Source of the DNA: Selaginella moellendorffii
Taxonomy: Eukaryota > Plantae > Lycopodiophyta
Reading direction: 5' to 3'
Length of the DNA stretch: 64,000 nucleotides
NCBI RefSeq assembly: GCF_000143415.4
Contig: NW_003314335.1
Coordinates: 929,845 to 993,844 of the forward strand
Shown here: positions 25,044-38,379 of the stretch, piece after piece
Numbering within the stretch: position 1 is the stretch's first letter
Layout of the letters: each line of letters opens with the position of its first letter
Notes under the pieces: model-generated
The model's database searches: none
Told to the model about the DNA's origin: nothing
The model's input: only the letters and a program-made list of their open reading frames with translations
Translations under genes and position numbers: made by a program

Positions 25044-25750
25044 ATGGCTTCCGTATTGATTCTTCTGACTTCCTCGCTGTTGGTGTTCCAAGTTACAGGC
25101 TACTGCGGACCTCTGACGAGCTTCGAGACAGCTCCATGCTCGGTTTTCTCTAGAGAGCCTGGCTACGAGCTTCGCGAGTATCCTGGAGGCCAGGTAAATA
25201 AAACTTTGCTTCAAGGCCAGGATTGATATTTTCTCGTGCAGCTGGTGGAACTTTCGATTGAAAATTCCACATTCGAAGCTGCCACGTTTGCCGGATTCTT
25301 TCGCTTGGCCTCGTACTTGAATGGCGACAACCGGCACGACGTCCAAGTCCCAATCGTCCTTCCTTTTATGGTCCAGCCAGCCTCCAGTGTTGATGGCTAC
25401 AGAGTTGGATTATACCTCCCGAGAAGGTGAGATCATTTTCGTTTCCTTGTTTTCCAACTTCTAAACTGTTTCGTGTGAAACTTTCCAGTGTTGGCGATGC
25501 TCCATCGCCGAGGGACAGGAGCATGCGCATCAGGGAAGCGCACCGTAGCATTCAAGCCGTGATTGGTCCATTCCCCGCCTTCGCTATTAATGAGACGAAC
25601 TACTTGCACAACACGAGGCAGCTCATGCGGTTCCTCCAGCGCGACGGGCTTCGCTACAATCCTTCCTCGGTGATCTACGCCGCGTACATCAATCCCGCGG
25701 ACTTGCTCACCATCCACCAAGAAGTTCACCTCCAAGTTCTCTTCGATTGA
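25044..25750 (+). CDS. Secreted SOUL heme-binding family protein, 3 exons
   Basis: Signal peptide, ETAPC...YELREY, AGFFRLASYLNGDN, AAYINP...QEV. Confidence 0.75.
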
Positions 25751-25816
25751 TAACGAGCTCAGTTAAGAACTCAAGAACTTTCTTTGAATGTATGATATTA
25801 ACAAGTTTCTATATGA

Positions 25817-26597
25817 TCAGGCAGTAGCGTCTAGCTCCCCCTTCTCAAGCTTTTCCGCGAGAACTTTCACGGTTTTCTTCTCTTCTTCCACAGTGTCAAG
25901 GATTTCCTCGATCTCGTCGTGAATCTCCTCGGCTGTGGCTTCCACCTTCAAATCCAAGAGTAAATCTAGAGTTTGAGCCGTGGTTTGTTTTAACTTTGGT
26001 TTTTTACCTTCTCTATAAGCTCCTCGACGCCGTCCGCCGCCTTATCGGCATACTCGGCGAGTTTTTCGACGGTGTTGGCCATCCCTTTGATCACCGCGGC
26101 GCTGTCTTTGATGCTCTCCTCGGCGCGATCCAGCTCCCCTGCGCAAGCAAAGCAAAGACCCATCCATTTGATCGAGCGAGCGAGCGAGAATCACTTACTG
26201 TCTAGTTGCTGGAGGAAGAACTTCGCGGGAGTGTTTGCAGCGAACCTCACCACGGATTTTAGCCTGGAGGGAGTGGATCAAACGAAAGTTTCTAGGACGA
26301 TCTCTTGAGAAGCTTGGAGAAACTTACACATCTTTGAATGTGGCCTCCACAGTGACACCGGGTGGAGCGGTTCTGGATCTGGAAAGCCAGTGAGTGAGCG
26401 AGCAAAACGAAGATCAAGCTTGTGAATTTCCACCTCACTCGCAGCCTGGAGAAGTCGTGCGATCCAACGCGCAGCCTGTTGGTTTGACAGATTGCAGTCA
26501 AGCTCGAGCAGATCTGCTGGGAGCCGGTGATAAACTCTTTGGTGGCATTCTGGTGGCACGATCCAGCTGCCAGAACAGCCGCGGAAGAGGCAGCCAT
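25817..26597 (-). CDS. Uncharacterised, probably plastid-targeted protein with an acidic helical C-terminus, multi-exon
   Basis: MAASSAAVLAA transit-like start; spliced exons ELDRAEESIKDSAAVIKGMANTVEKLAEYADKAADGVEELIEK and VEATAEEIHDEIEEIL...ATA*. Confidence 0.55.
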
Positions 26598-27189
26598 GGA
26601 TAGATCCACCGCAAACTCCGGAAGAACACGAAAGAGGGAAGAAGGGAATGAGGCGAATAGACAAAGGTTTTTTCGTTCTAATCAGTGAAGGCAAAAAGGA
26701 AAAATTAGGAAAAAAATCGCAGGAGCCATCGTCGTTCTAAAGCCTTATAATTCCACCGGTGTGGTCGCATCCACATGGTTCTCGTGGGCGGCTTTTTATC
26801 TGTTCTAATGGTTACACCATCCAGAACCTTTACAAACGTTTTTCACGATCATTGATCTGATAATCATTCATTCATTCATTCATATGTTATGAAGCATGAG
26901 ACCAACAACTTTAAATGTGATTTCTTAGCATCTTAAAGGCGAATTATCAAGATGCCATTTTAAAGGCAAATGCTGTCATAGAATAGTTAATTTATTTACT
27001 TTCAAATATCTAGTTAACTTCTATTGCAGTTGTCCTCAATCGGCATTAAAGATTGAGTTGTTTAAAATCAGGTAAACTTTATGTTCTTGGGATTAATTAT
27101 TTTTGTCTTCTTTCTCAAGATGCCCATTCTAGGCAAATGCCAAGAAATGTAACCAATGTAATTTCTAACGGACACTTGCCTAGGGTTCT

Positions 27190-28773
27190 ATGCGGCTTCT
27201 CTCAACAGAGTCTCTCCAATCATCCAGATCCGCCCTCCTTGCGCTCGTGAAATCGGCCGGGCAATCCAGAGATCTCGCCCAGGCGCGCCGCGCGCACCAC
27301 CAGATCCTCGACACCGACTGCCGCAATGATCCCTACCTCGCCAATCTCCTGGTGGAGATGTATGGCAAATGCGGCAGCGTGGGCGACGCGCGATCCGTGT
27401 TTGACTCCATGCCCACCCCCAATTCCTTCTCCTGGGCGCTCCTCCAATCGGCCTATGCCCACAACGGGCATCTCCACGCAGCGCGCGAGATCTTCGCTCA
27501 AATGCCCGAGCGAGGGATCGTTTGCTGGAATTCGCTCCTGGCGGGCCTCGCACACCATGGCGATTTCCGAGAATCCAACGAGTTCTTCGCGAAAATGCCA
27601 CAGCACGACAGATTCTCGTGGAAGGCGATGATCGCAGCATTTGCCCAGAATGGGCTTTTGGAGTCTGCGAAATTGTGCTTTGATGCCGCACTGGAGCGCG
27701 ATCTAGCCTCTTGGACAGTGATCTTGCAAGGATTTACGCGTAATGGATGCTTGAATCACGCAAGAGAATTTCTGGAAAAAATGCCACTGTGGGATGGAGT
27801 TTCTTGGACAGCTTTGCTTCAAGCATTTGCCCAGGATGGGCATTTGGATCAGGCAATGCATGTCTATAGCTTAATCCCTGAGAAGGATATAGTGGCATCC
27901 ACGATCATGATGCAAAGCTACGCTCACCACGGTCGGCCCGACGCTGCCAAGAGGATTTTTGATGGGATCTTGCGAGACAAAAGAAGCATTGTGACTTGGA
28001 ATGTGATGCTCGGTGCTTACACCCAGTCGGGAAAACTGGAGCTCGCCAAGGAGATTTTTTATCAGATTCCGGTCGAGAAAGATTCCGCGACTTGGTCGAC
28101 GATGGTCCAGGCGTATGCGCAAAGCGGATACATGACAAAAGCGAAGAATCTCTTCGATTTCTCGCCGAGAAAGTCTGTCATGACTTGGAACTCGATGGTC
28201 ACGGCGTTTTTCATCAACGGGCTGTTCGATCAAGGGAGAGAAGTCTTCAGCAAAATGCCGATGCAAGACACAATCTCGTGGAACGCGCTTCTTGCAGCGA
28301 ATGCTCAGAACGGGAATCTTGAAACCACAAGGATGATCTTCGACGGCCTCTGCGACAAGAACGTTGTGGCTTTCACGTCCATGATCCAGGCGTATGCTCA
28401 AGGTGGTCATCACAAAGAGGCGCTAGAGCTCTTCTACGCGATGCTACTCGCGGGAGTGAGACCAAACGCGATTACGTACGTTGGAGTCTTGAGCGGCTGC
28501 AACCACGCGGGGCTGGTCGATGCCGGAAGAGATCACTTCTTGTCAATGCAAGCTGACGAGGGGATTGATCCGGTGGTAGAGCACTACTGCTGCATGGTGG
28601 ACATTCTTGGCCGGGCTCGGAGACTGGCAGATGCCGAGGAGCTTATCAACAGCATGCCGCTGGAGCCGGACGTTGTTGCTTGGAAGTCTTTGCTCTCGGC
28701 TTGCAAGACTCACGGGGACGTCGATCGTGGAGCTCGGGCTGCCAGGTTTCTCTGCGAGCTTGAAGCTGGATAG
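27190..28773 (+). CDS. PLS-class PPR protein rich in short (S-type) motifs, ending in a partial E domain
   Basis: Repeated ~31-aa motifs SW..(M/L)..AYAQ.G; HYCCMVDILGRA; PDVVAWKSLLSACKTHGD. Confidence 0.9.
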   Translation: MRLLSTESLQSSRSALLALVKSAGQSRDLAQARRAHHQILDTDCRNDPYLANLLVEMYGKCGSVGDARSVFDSMPTPNSFSWALLQSAYAHNGHLHAAREIFAQMPERGIVCWNSLLAGLAHHGDFRESNEFFAKMPQHDRFSWKAMIAAFAQNGLLESAKLCFDAALERDLASWTVILQGFTRNGCLNHAREFLEKMPLWDGVSWTALLQAFAQDGHLDQAMHVYSLIPEKDIVASTIMMQSYAHHGRPDAAKRIFDGILRDKRSIVTWNVMLGAYTQSGKLELAKEIFYQIPVEKDSATWSTMVQAYAQSGYMTKAKNLFDFSPRKSVMTWNSMVTAFFINGLFDQGREVFSKMPMQDTISWNALLAANAQNGNLETTRMIFDGLCDKNVVAFTSMIQAYAQGGHHKEALELFYAMLLAGVRPNAITYVGVLSGCNHAGLVDAGRDHFLSMQADEGIDPVVEHYCCMVDILGRARRLADAEELINSMPLEPDVVAWKSLLSACKTHGDVDRGARAARFLCELEAG

Positions 28774-28779
28774 GAGATC

Positions 28780-30690
28780 TCGTGTTGAAAGTTATCATCT
28801 GGAACTCTTTGGCGCAAGATATACTCGGGCCCGAGAACAAGGTGGTGGTGACAGGAGCCTCGAACGGGGCATGGAAATCCACTCCCGAGCTGTGAGTTCC
28901 TTGGCTAAGACATGTACTCCAAGTGTGGCAGCCTGCTCGATGCTCGGATGGTCTTCGACTGGCGGGGGCGGGCTATGGTGTCGTGGAACTCGTTGATTCT
29001 CCGCTACGCAGAGAGAGGAGAGGAAGAGCTCGCTCTGGGACTTTTCTGGTCCATGGAAGCTCAGGGCTTCTCCCTGGATGATTGAAGGTTAGTCCTTGAA
29101 AGCTACTCGAAGTGGCTTCGACGGTAACTCGTTCGTTGCTAGCTCCCTTGGTCGACATGTACTCCGAGTGCGGCAGCATGCTCGGAGAGTCTTCGATACT
29201 TTTGGCCAGCCCTCATTCTCGGCTACGTTGAAAACGGTGACGAGAGGCTGGCTTTGGAAGTCCTCGACAACTTGCAAGACCAGGAGGCCTACTCCATCGC
29301 CAACTCCCTCACCTTCGTGGCTGCTCTCAGCGCCCGCATTGCGTCGAGGGAACCGGATCGAGAACTCGATGGAAGGATTGTGAAGCTAGAATCGCTGTCC
29401 AGGGGCAAACGCATCCACGCACAAGCTGTAAGCTGCCGCTGCGACTCGGATACCATGGTGGACATGTACGCCAAGTGCGGTACCCTGGTCGACTGCATGC
29501 CTTGTAGAACAGTGGTGTCGTCGAACGTCCTGTTGCTTGGCTACGCAGAGAATAACGAGGTCGAGCCTGGCCTCGACTTGTTCTCTCGGATGATTGCTGG
29601 TGACGAAAGAATAGCACCAATCTTTTGTCACAGCTCCCACACCTTTCTAATTTGAATACTGTTTTTTTTTTATGAAGGATGCAGTGGCGCATTCACTCCC
29701 CGATTGGTTCAAGATATTCAGAGCTGGTGGGCGACACTTTTCATACATTGATAGCATTTTATCATGTATGCCAGGAGTCTGTTTAATCCTTTCTATGCTT
29801 CTTGACATAGAACTCTATTATTCTAGCTATTGTTCTAGCTATATTGTCCATAGCTCATCCTCTCAAACAGCTCCAAAGCCAGAATTATGTTGATCTAGCC
29901 ACTTGAAAGCAATAAGGCCTGCACTCTCATCGCGGTGAAAGAGGAAGGGCAGAAAGTCAACGGCAAGCTCGTCAAAGTGAAGGCAATGGAAGTAGGAATG
30001 GCGATCCACTCCCAGGCACTTTACACAGACGTGTTCGTAGCCAGCACGTTCGTTCACATGTACGCCAAGCTGCAGGGCCTTCGATAAAATCCCTGCTCAA
30101 GCCCGGGACGTGGGTCGTTGATCCTCGGCCACTCAGAGGATGACGAGCCCCAGCTGACACTGGAGCTCTTCTTGCAAATGCGGCACTTCCAGATCCTCCC
30201 AAACGCCCGGGCTGCTCTCAAGGCGTGCACAAAGTTGGTGGCGTTGGAACAAGGCAGTGAAGTCGAGATCCATACTGGAAAGGTGGCGGTGGTGAAGCTG
30301 AAAGCTCTAAAGATTGGCCTCTATGTGAGTGAATCGGAGCTCTTCGTCTTCAACCTCACCATCGATATGTACTCCAAATGTGGCTCCATGGACGACGCCT
30401 GGCAAGTGTTTGACACCATGGAAGCAAGAGACATGGTTTCCTGGACCGCCCTGATGCTCGGCTCCACAGCCCCAGCTAAGCCTCAAGCTCTTCTTATCTC
30501 TCAAGCTGCCACCCAACGAATGGTTCCCAAATGCTCGAGTATACATGACTGCTCAAATCCTGTAGGCTTGGCTGAAAGATCCAGCTATGGCCTACTAAAG
30601 AATGACCATTAGTGAGGGTCCAAATCTGGATGAAATTACCATTATCTGTTCTTGTTGCTTGTAGACACAGTGGCCTTGTGTCCCAAGGAG
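28780..30690 (+). pseudogene. Fragmented PLS-PPR remnants
   Basis: Scattered VDMYAKCG, IDMYSKCGSMDDAWQVFD..DMVSWTAL and LVACRHSGLV fragments separated by stops and frameshifts. Confidence 0.75.
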
Positions 30691-30769
30691 GATTTAAAAA
30701 GATATATGAAGGTTGTGCCATCCTTTTAAAAGTGAATATTTTGTTAGAGTATCCGGGTGATAATGGCAA

Positions 30770-33700
30770 CAACAATGGTTAGCATTGAAAATTTTTACAC
30801 TTTTGAGTTAGGTCAGAGAGGATAAGTTATCATTTATAAAATTACACGCAAGGTGGATGGTAAGTTATTTGCCTGTAAATCAATTAAAGTGAATGATTAT
30901 AACATGATTGATGACACACTCTTAGATAAAAACTTGGCCTCCCATTAAACACCATCCTGATTCACTCTCTCTTTGCTTACTTGGTGATGACGTGGCATCA
31001 GCCCTTCTTTTTGTTTTATCTCCCGTCCGTCGCCGCTGTGCACTCCCACCTGTGGCTATCACCTGCCCGGCCCGCCCGCTCGCCCTCACGGCTCCCACCC
31101 ACACTCCCACCTGCCCCCACATGTCCATGTGTGCCCTAAAATTACTTCCACATGGCCACAGCCCCAACACTTAGCCAAATTTCAATCAGTGTGTGTGTGG
31201 ACGCCTTTCTACATGCTTTACGTGGCCAATGAGTGTTATGGATGACCATTAGGAGTGGTAAACTTATGAAATCTTCTCACTAATTTAAATATATGCAATT
31301 TAAGTATATAAAGAGTTTGTTTTTTTAGCTAAGATTGAGTTTTTCGTTTAAAGAGTTTTTCTTTCTTGTCTTCCTCTGCCTAGTAAAAGGAGTTGCTTCT
31401 GGACTACTAGAAGCTTTTCTTTTACCTGTAATTCTTTCCACCAAAGGTTTTGCTCACTTCAAAGATGTACCATAACTATCAACATGCTGTTGAAATTCTG
31501 TTGCAGGATGAATAAGATCGTCTGGCCTAGCTTTAAAAGTTGCAACCTTCTACTGTATCATTTCTAAATCGTTGTCAACCATAGATAAAAAAGCTTCTTC
31601 ATCAGGAAGATCTTGTAAGATATCCATCATCTTTTGTTGTAATATTTCTTTTGTAACTTTTGATGGAGTGGTATCTTCCTACTTAAAGTTCATATCAATA
31701 TTTAAAATTTACTTAGTGTAAATTACCTCTATAGTAGCCTTTAGCTGAATTTCTTGTTGATGATGTATATTTTGATAGATATCTTCCTGCTCAATATTCA
31801 TATATATTAGTATATAAAATATGCTAGTTTACCTCTAATGTAGTCTTCAACTGAATTTCTTGCTCATGATAAACATTTTGATGGATGTTTTCCTGCTCAA
31901 ACGTTTATATGTATTTCAAAATTTTAATTAATAAGTGAATTACTTCTGTCATAGCTTCCAAGTCAAGCGCTTCAAAATCTTGATGACGATAAAATAAATC
32001 ATCTTACCCAAGTTCTAAGATTGCATATGATTGTGATGGTTGAACCTCATAACTAGTTGTAGTCCAATCAGTTTTTTCTCCTTGTTTTAACATAATAACT
32101 TTTGTTTGATGCTTGCAAAAGTTTCTTTTGGTTGCCCATGGACAATTACACCAAGTCGAAAAAGCCCAATCACTATGTCCTTCACCTCCAACAACAAGAT
32201 ACAGTATAGTTGGATCTGAAGAGAATTGTACATAAAATTTATGAGTATTGTCCTTATTGAATTTTACTTGAGAGTCGTTAATATTTTTTGTTTTAATAAT
32301 CGCACCATTGATTAATTTTTCATATGCATGGTTTCGGATAAAACCATGATCTTTGCAATAACTAGTAAACTAGTACCTCGCATGAACCTTAGTAATAAGT
32401 TAATGAATTGCCCAATCCATCATTCGATTGCGAGTATGTTTTTTTTCAGATGAGAGTATAGCTTTCATATTTGCATAGAATGCCTAAATCAAACTATTTG
32501 TTTCCTTATTAGCATGATCTATCAAATATAAATTAAAAAAAAATTATAAAAATTAAAATATTGATTCACTTACCAACTTTGTCCTTCCATTCGTCTTGAA
32601 AATACTTGATAATAAAGGCTACTTCATTTTGAAAATCCACCTCAAAATGTTTAATAAATTATTTAATCTCAGCTCGCATAATATTATCATCATAAAAAGC
32701 TGCATGAATTGAATGATACATAATATCCGAAATGTTTCCATATTTCCATCTTAATATCCCAAGATTTCACCTTACGAATAATATGTTTGAGCCATTTCAT
32801 CCTTACATACCAAATACATAATAGAAATTGACAATCAAATGTAACTCTATATAGAAGAAAACAATTAAATTATTTCATATCAAATTAATTACCTTATAGC
32901 ATTAATCTTTGTTTCAGCATCATCAATCATTATCGCCCGTGGTTTTCAATTTGGCATGTGTTCTAAAACTCATTTTTTAAGAGCTATCATCCAATTCTTC
33001 ATATGTTTTCCTTTCTCACTAGAAGTTAAAACCCATGCAATTGAAATATCATTTCCATGATAATCAAAAGCAAGCATGGTGTATAATGGGAATTGTAAAT
33101 TATTAAGTAATTTATTGAGTCTTGATGCAACTTTTGGAACTAATCGCTACAAGGTAAAATTTTCATTCAGTTTTAAGTGAATAATATTATTTGAAAAGTT
33201 CACCATCTTTTGTAGTTCCTAAGTTGTCTGAATCCCAATAGTAAAACAATCTTTACCTTGATCACCTTTCTGATAGAAAAATGATTTCTCGGGATTTGTG
33301 TTCTTCCAAATACGTACACTCTATGCGTCATTCTCATATAATCGATAAGTTGAAAGTGAATACTTCCTATGCAAATTATTGATATCCTGCATAGTTAGAA
33401 AATCATCTCAATGAGGAGGTTCACCAGCTGACTTGTTCCTTCCCACAATCTGTATATGCTTATTATAAATCTGATTTGATGTGAAATCTTGCTGAATCAT
33501 AAGAATCACCCAATGTCGAATATCTGCTGAAAGTTTCTGAGGAAATAATGACTTTCCTCCAGTCAAATCAAGTTGACCATAACAAAGAATCCCATTCTTT
33601 CTCTATGATAATATGTAATCTACATATAATCAAGCCATTTGTAAAACTGTTTGACCAAAAATTTGCAAAGGCAGCCCCGCTTATTAGAACTTCAACCTAG

Positions 33701-35156
33701 TCTACTTCCAAGTCCTGACTTTGGTGTAGATTCAGCAATTATAATAGAGGATGTTTCACGAGCATCTTATTTTCCATATTTTGTATCAAGAAGTTAGTAA
33801 TTATATTTTGTTAAAAAGATATACCTGATTAATGATAAAAAAGCTTGTGTTTTTGGGTCTTTTCAAATCTCTAGGATTATGATTTTTGTTGGAAAATCGC
33901 CAAAAATCCACTCCATCACCCCATCTCTCACCATCTAGAAACTTGTTCACATCCTTCTGTAATATATACACAATAGGAGTTACAGTTTCATTTGATTTAG
34001 ACAAATTCCAATTTAAATCATCTACACAAAAATAATACTTTTCATGGAATTTTTGCACCTCATCAAGCCATGGGGGATCCTAAATGATTTTCTTGAATCA
34101 ATATGAAATTGAATTGATTGCTTACCTCTGGAAATTGATGTGCTGCTGCCATGCTTGATCATAAAAGAAACAGAAACGTTTTTAAGTCAATTATGGAGCA
34201 ACCATCAAGCGTGAATGGGGGCGCGCTGATTGAAATTTGGCTAAGTGTTGGGGCTGTGGCCACGTGGTATTTTAGGGCGCACGCTGGGAACAAAAAGAAG
34301 GGCTGATGCCATGTCATTGCCAGGTAAGCGGAGAGAGAGTGAATCAGGATGGTGTTTAATGGCAGGCAAAAATGCGGGAAGAAGTTAAGGCAGAGATCAA
34401 GGCATTGATGCATCTCTCAAAGATGCAGATCAAAAGGTAAAATGGTGAAGATTATTACTATATAATGATGGAGTTATGCTAGTGTTCACTAAGGGATATA
34501 TTGCTCAAAGGAAGAAGCAAATTGAGTATAAAGTAGCAATTGTGATCAAGAAATTAACCAATGTTATGCATAAAATGCACAAAAAAGGTGTGATATATAA
34601 AAACATCAAACTAGAGAATATTTTTTGAGACTAAGAGAGAATGTTCATGCATGTAAAAGAAAGGGTTGCCACACCCTTTCTTTTAGGTATAGAGGGTGTG
34701 ATTGTTAAGACAGAGAGGTACAGAGCTCTTGAGATTTCATCTCCGGCTTGTGTATTTGATGAGAGGATTGACATGTGGAGCATGGGGACTATCTTGTATG
34801 AGATGTTATTTGGGACGTGCCTATTTTTAAAACTGGAGTCAAATGAAATCTTGAGGTTGGGGTATCTAGAGATCATCTCACTTAAGTGAACAAGCATGTC
34901 CCAGGAAGCAAAGAATCTTATCCTTCATTTGCTCCACATGGATTCTAAGACAAGCTTATCTTTACAGAAATTGAAAAAGCATCCATGGGTGGTGAAGAAC
35001 TCACAGCATGAATTAACAATAGAGGAACTATATCAAACTATAGGAAAGGCAAGTTTGAAATTAATTTTGCATCACCTGAAAAAAGAAGTAAAAGAAGGAA
35101 CAATTAAAAACTATAATAATAGAGGTAAAGAAGATCTAGCTTTGATGTGTGAATAA
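30770..35156 (+). pseudogene. Ser/Thr protein kinase (CAMK/CDPK-like) pseudogene split by a transposon
   Basis: Left of element: DGKLFACKSIK (subdomain II). Right: AEIKALMHL (III), HKKGVIYKNIKLENIF (VI), DMWSMGTILYEMLFG (IX), SQEAKNLILHLL...KHPW (XI). Multiple stops. Confidence 0.75.
30925..34384 (-). mobile_element. Degenerate Mutator-like (MULE + SWIM) DNA transposon with long inverted repeats
   Basis: Inverted repeats 30937-31015 vs 34289-34367 and ~31130-31190 vs ~34225-34282. Minus-strand remnants KRGCLCKF (~33670), FPLYTMLAFDYHGNDISIAWVL (~33050), IMIDDAETKINA (~32920) and SWIM CNCPWATKRNFCKH (~32130). Many stops; AT-rich. Confidence 0.8.
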
Positions 35157-35409
35157 TGCATGGTAAGTTGTGATGTTATAAAGTTTTGTATACAAACTGT
35201 ACAAAATAATTTTGGTGTAAGATATGATGATTTCCTGGTGGAGTGGAAATCAAAACGTTGACCTTGAACCTCTAACATAAAAATGCAAAACACTAGCTTT
35301 CCTAGCAGAAATCAAAATCATTAGCATAAGTTTTAGTTTTAGTAAGTTTTAGTTGTATGTTCTTGAGCACATCATAGTTTAGTAATTTTTCCTAGTGTCC
35401 CATACCTCA

Positions 35410-36410
35410 CTTCCAACGCAGTTGGGGCATGCCAGAACGTCATGGGGATCAACCTGTGCCTTGATCTCGCCAAGCCTCTCGTAGTGCACCGAAGAACAAC
35501 GTCTGCCAATCCGGCTTGTTGTAATCTCCCTCGTTCATATAGCTCCCAGACTCCAGTGCCAAGTCTCTAAACACCTGGTTCGCACTCGTGATGCCTGCAA
35601 ACTTGTGCTGGATCACATCGTCGCTTGCATTGTCGTCCCACACGGCCTGGATGACAGTGTGCCACAGGGCCTTCCTCCACGCAGGATTCAGCGCAGCACT
35701 GTGCTCGTCACCTAGAGCTCCAGCTCCACCACCAACGCCCATGGTGAGAATGAAGTTCCTGGCGCCGTTGCTCGAGTTCCTGGTGAGGATCCCCATGTAG
35801 GCGTCGGCGATGGCGTCCAAGCAGTTGACAAACAGCGACCTGGGAAGCAGCTTGCTGGCCAGGATCCCGTGCACGGCGTTCTTGCACAGCGTGGCATTGA
35901 AGAAGGCGTAGAAGTTTGGAAACGTGGCGATTCTCTGGAGCACCTTGAGCCCCGGGTGGCTGGCCGCGAAGTCGACCAATGGCTGCCAGTCCTGCTGCGC
36001 TGTGCTCTGGTTGCCCCCGGGAAGAACGTAGTTCAAGTGACCGCCATTGGGAAGGGCGACAAAGCCTCCTCCGTATCCTTTGTCTGCAGTGGATGGCATG
36101 AGCCTGGCGTACTCGGCGATGAAGTCCCTCAGGCTGGAAGAATCGTTGGCTGAGACCTCGTGGTGGACGTTGGTGACAGCTGCTGGTGCCGGGTGAGTCC
36201 TGTAAGTGACGCTGAGAACCACGCCAAATGTTGCGGGGCCGCCACCCGGAGAGCCCAGAAGGGATCCTTGTTCTGGCACTCGTTGGCCACGAAGTAGCTT
36301 TCATCGGGTGTCACCACGTTGATCTCGAGGATGTTGTCGGCTGGGAGGCCATAAGTTGGTGCAAGAACGCTGTGTCCGCCACCTCCGACGTATCATCCCA
36401 CAGCACCAAC
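35410..36410 (-). pseudogene. FAD-linked oxidoreductase with BBE C-terminal domain (fungal-type), 5'-truncated and frameshifted
   Basis: G*YVGGGGHSVLAPTYGLPADNILEINVVTPD...ANECQNKDPFWALR/GGPATFGVV; ALNPAWR; GSYMNEGDYNKPDWQTLFFG; IKAQVDP. Confidence 0.8.
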
Positions 36411-36769
36411 ACGAGCTCAAGTTGGATCATCAAGAGAAAGAGAAATTATCAAGAAACTCCTTGGACAAAGTGACTGCAAATGCTGAGTAATAATCGTGCA
36501 GCAGCTTATAAGAGATGTAATTCGAACTGCACAAGAGAACAACTTTGTTACATCCATGGAGCCACAAAACGACTCACTCAAAGTTACCTTACGAGTAGAG
36601 TCACATGTTTTCGACATGATCACACAACCCTGCCAATCAGAGCGACATTTCGTAAGCGTACGGAAGTGATAACGAAAGTTAGCATGTTATGGAGTAAAAA
36701 ACGTTTCAACAATCCTTGATCTCTATCATTTTGCTTGCGAATGCTGCAGCATTGTCTTCTTAATTAAAG

Positions 36770-37862
36770 CCTAAGTAAAAGATAAATAAGTAAACAGGAA
36801 CACCAGAAAAATGCGCTTACTCGGTACTGGCTGCGTTGTTTTCTTACACGAATTATCTCGAGGCGTGACAAAGGATCTCTATCTTCGCAGCTGCCTGTGC
36901 CTGTTCTCTTGAAATAGTTGCTGTCTAGACCATCCTGGCTCACGTTGAGCATAAAGAATGAAACGGTGCTCAAGCATGGATCGCTGCGATCGATCTCTCG
37001 TCTTAAAGTTAGGGTCGACCGTATCCAAGTGGTGCAATGAAACCAAGGGAGTAGTCGGGTGAGAGTCGAGCAACCCGATAGCATCTCCACGAACGTCCAT
37101 CTGCTAGAGCACGAAAGTTTTGAGAAGGAGCTCGAGCAGCCAGCCCTTTACCTGATGAAATCCTCTGTCCAACGTCAGTGGCACTCCAAGTTCTGCCATG
37201 CAAGCTTGTAGCTCCCCATACGTGATAGTTCCTCCTAATCCAGTTGTCTCTCGAGCGCTTCCACAAGTGAGTAGCTCCGTGCAATCCCAGCACCCCCGAA
37301 AGCCATGTTTGTCGAGAACCCTGTAACACTCTGGTAGTGGCTCTCCGAAAAAGCACCGATGTAGTATAAAACTGACTGTGGTCGTACTTGGGCGAGATTG
37401 TCCACGACGAAGAAGGTGTCGTCGTCCAAAAGAACGAACCAATGCACCCCAAAAAATTTGAGCCGGAACAACTCCGAAGGAAACCTCGAGACTCTAATCT
37501 GGTCCTTCATCTGCTGGCCCGTTAAGGTGAAGTTTCTCGAAAGCTCGTTGTTGTCGACGACTTGGAGCGGAGGCAGCGATCCATCTCGGCGAGAGCACCC
37601 CTCTCGTTTGATTCGGCCGCCACCAAAGCCTCACGTAGTTCTTTCTCTGATCCCAAACCTGTGACCTGCTCCGATCCCAAACATTATATTCTGCACTTTG
37701 GTCGTCCTGGTGCTGCTGCCGCTCCCAAGATGGCGATCGCAAAAAATAACCACGGTAGAGCTTCTGTGAAGATAAGTTAGTTCCCAAGAAAACAAGGACG
37801 CAGCTTGTAGCAAGAAGAATTATCGTTGCAAAGAACAAATGCCTGGCAGCCATAGAGGCCAT
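36770..37862 (-). pseudogene. DUF604 (Fringe-like GT31) glycosyltransferase pseudogene, copy 1
   Basis: N-terminal TM; NIMFGIG, RKNYVRLWWRP, WFVLLDDDTFF, YYIGAFSESHYQ, MAFGGAG, GFHQ, PLVSLHHLD; multiple frameshifts. Confidence 0.85.
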
Positions 37863-38379
37863 GGATCTTGATAGCGAAGTTTTGGGCGATTGATCGCTGG
37901 TAGGAGGCTGTTCTAGAGTACGATCCGGTAGGGAGGGGATCGCGCTCTAGAGCCGCGATTGGTGTTCTTGGGGTTTTGGAGTGATTCGAAGCCGCATTGT
38001 GCCGACCGGCACGATATTTCGAGATGGATCGCGATACAGAATCTCCGTTTTTGTTTTCCAGGAAAAAGGCAAGCTCGTTTTGGAAACTCCACAAGTAAGT
38101 TTCGAACTCTTGCGTAGAATGTTTTTGCTTGTTTGCTTGCGAGTTTTGGCCAGAGTGTTGGCAAAGAGTCTTTTTAAACGTAGCTGATTTCTCTACTGGC
38201 CTCTCTTCCTCGTAGAATGGTTTCTAGCTTCCTGCCCATCCTTGCTGCCAGGCATTTGGTTCTTCCAGCGATGGCTACAAATCTTTGCATTTCTGCTCAA
38301 CTCACAACGTAAAACCAAACTTACTCAGGATTAAAAAGTAAAGTTAGCCTTGAATCCAGAGTTACATCCTTGACCAGAT

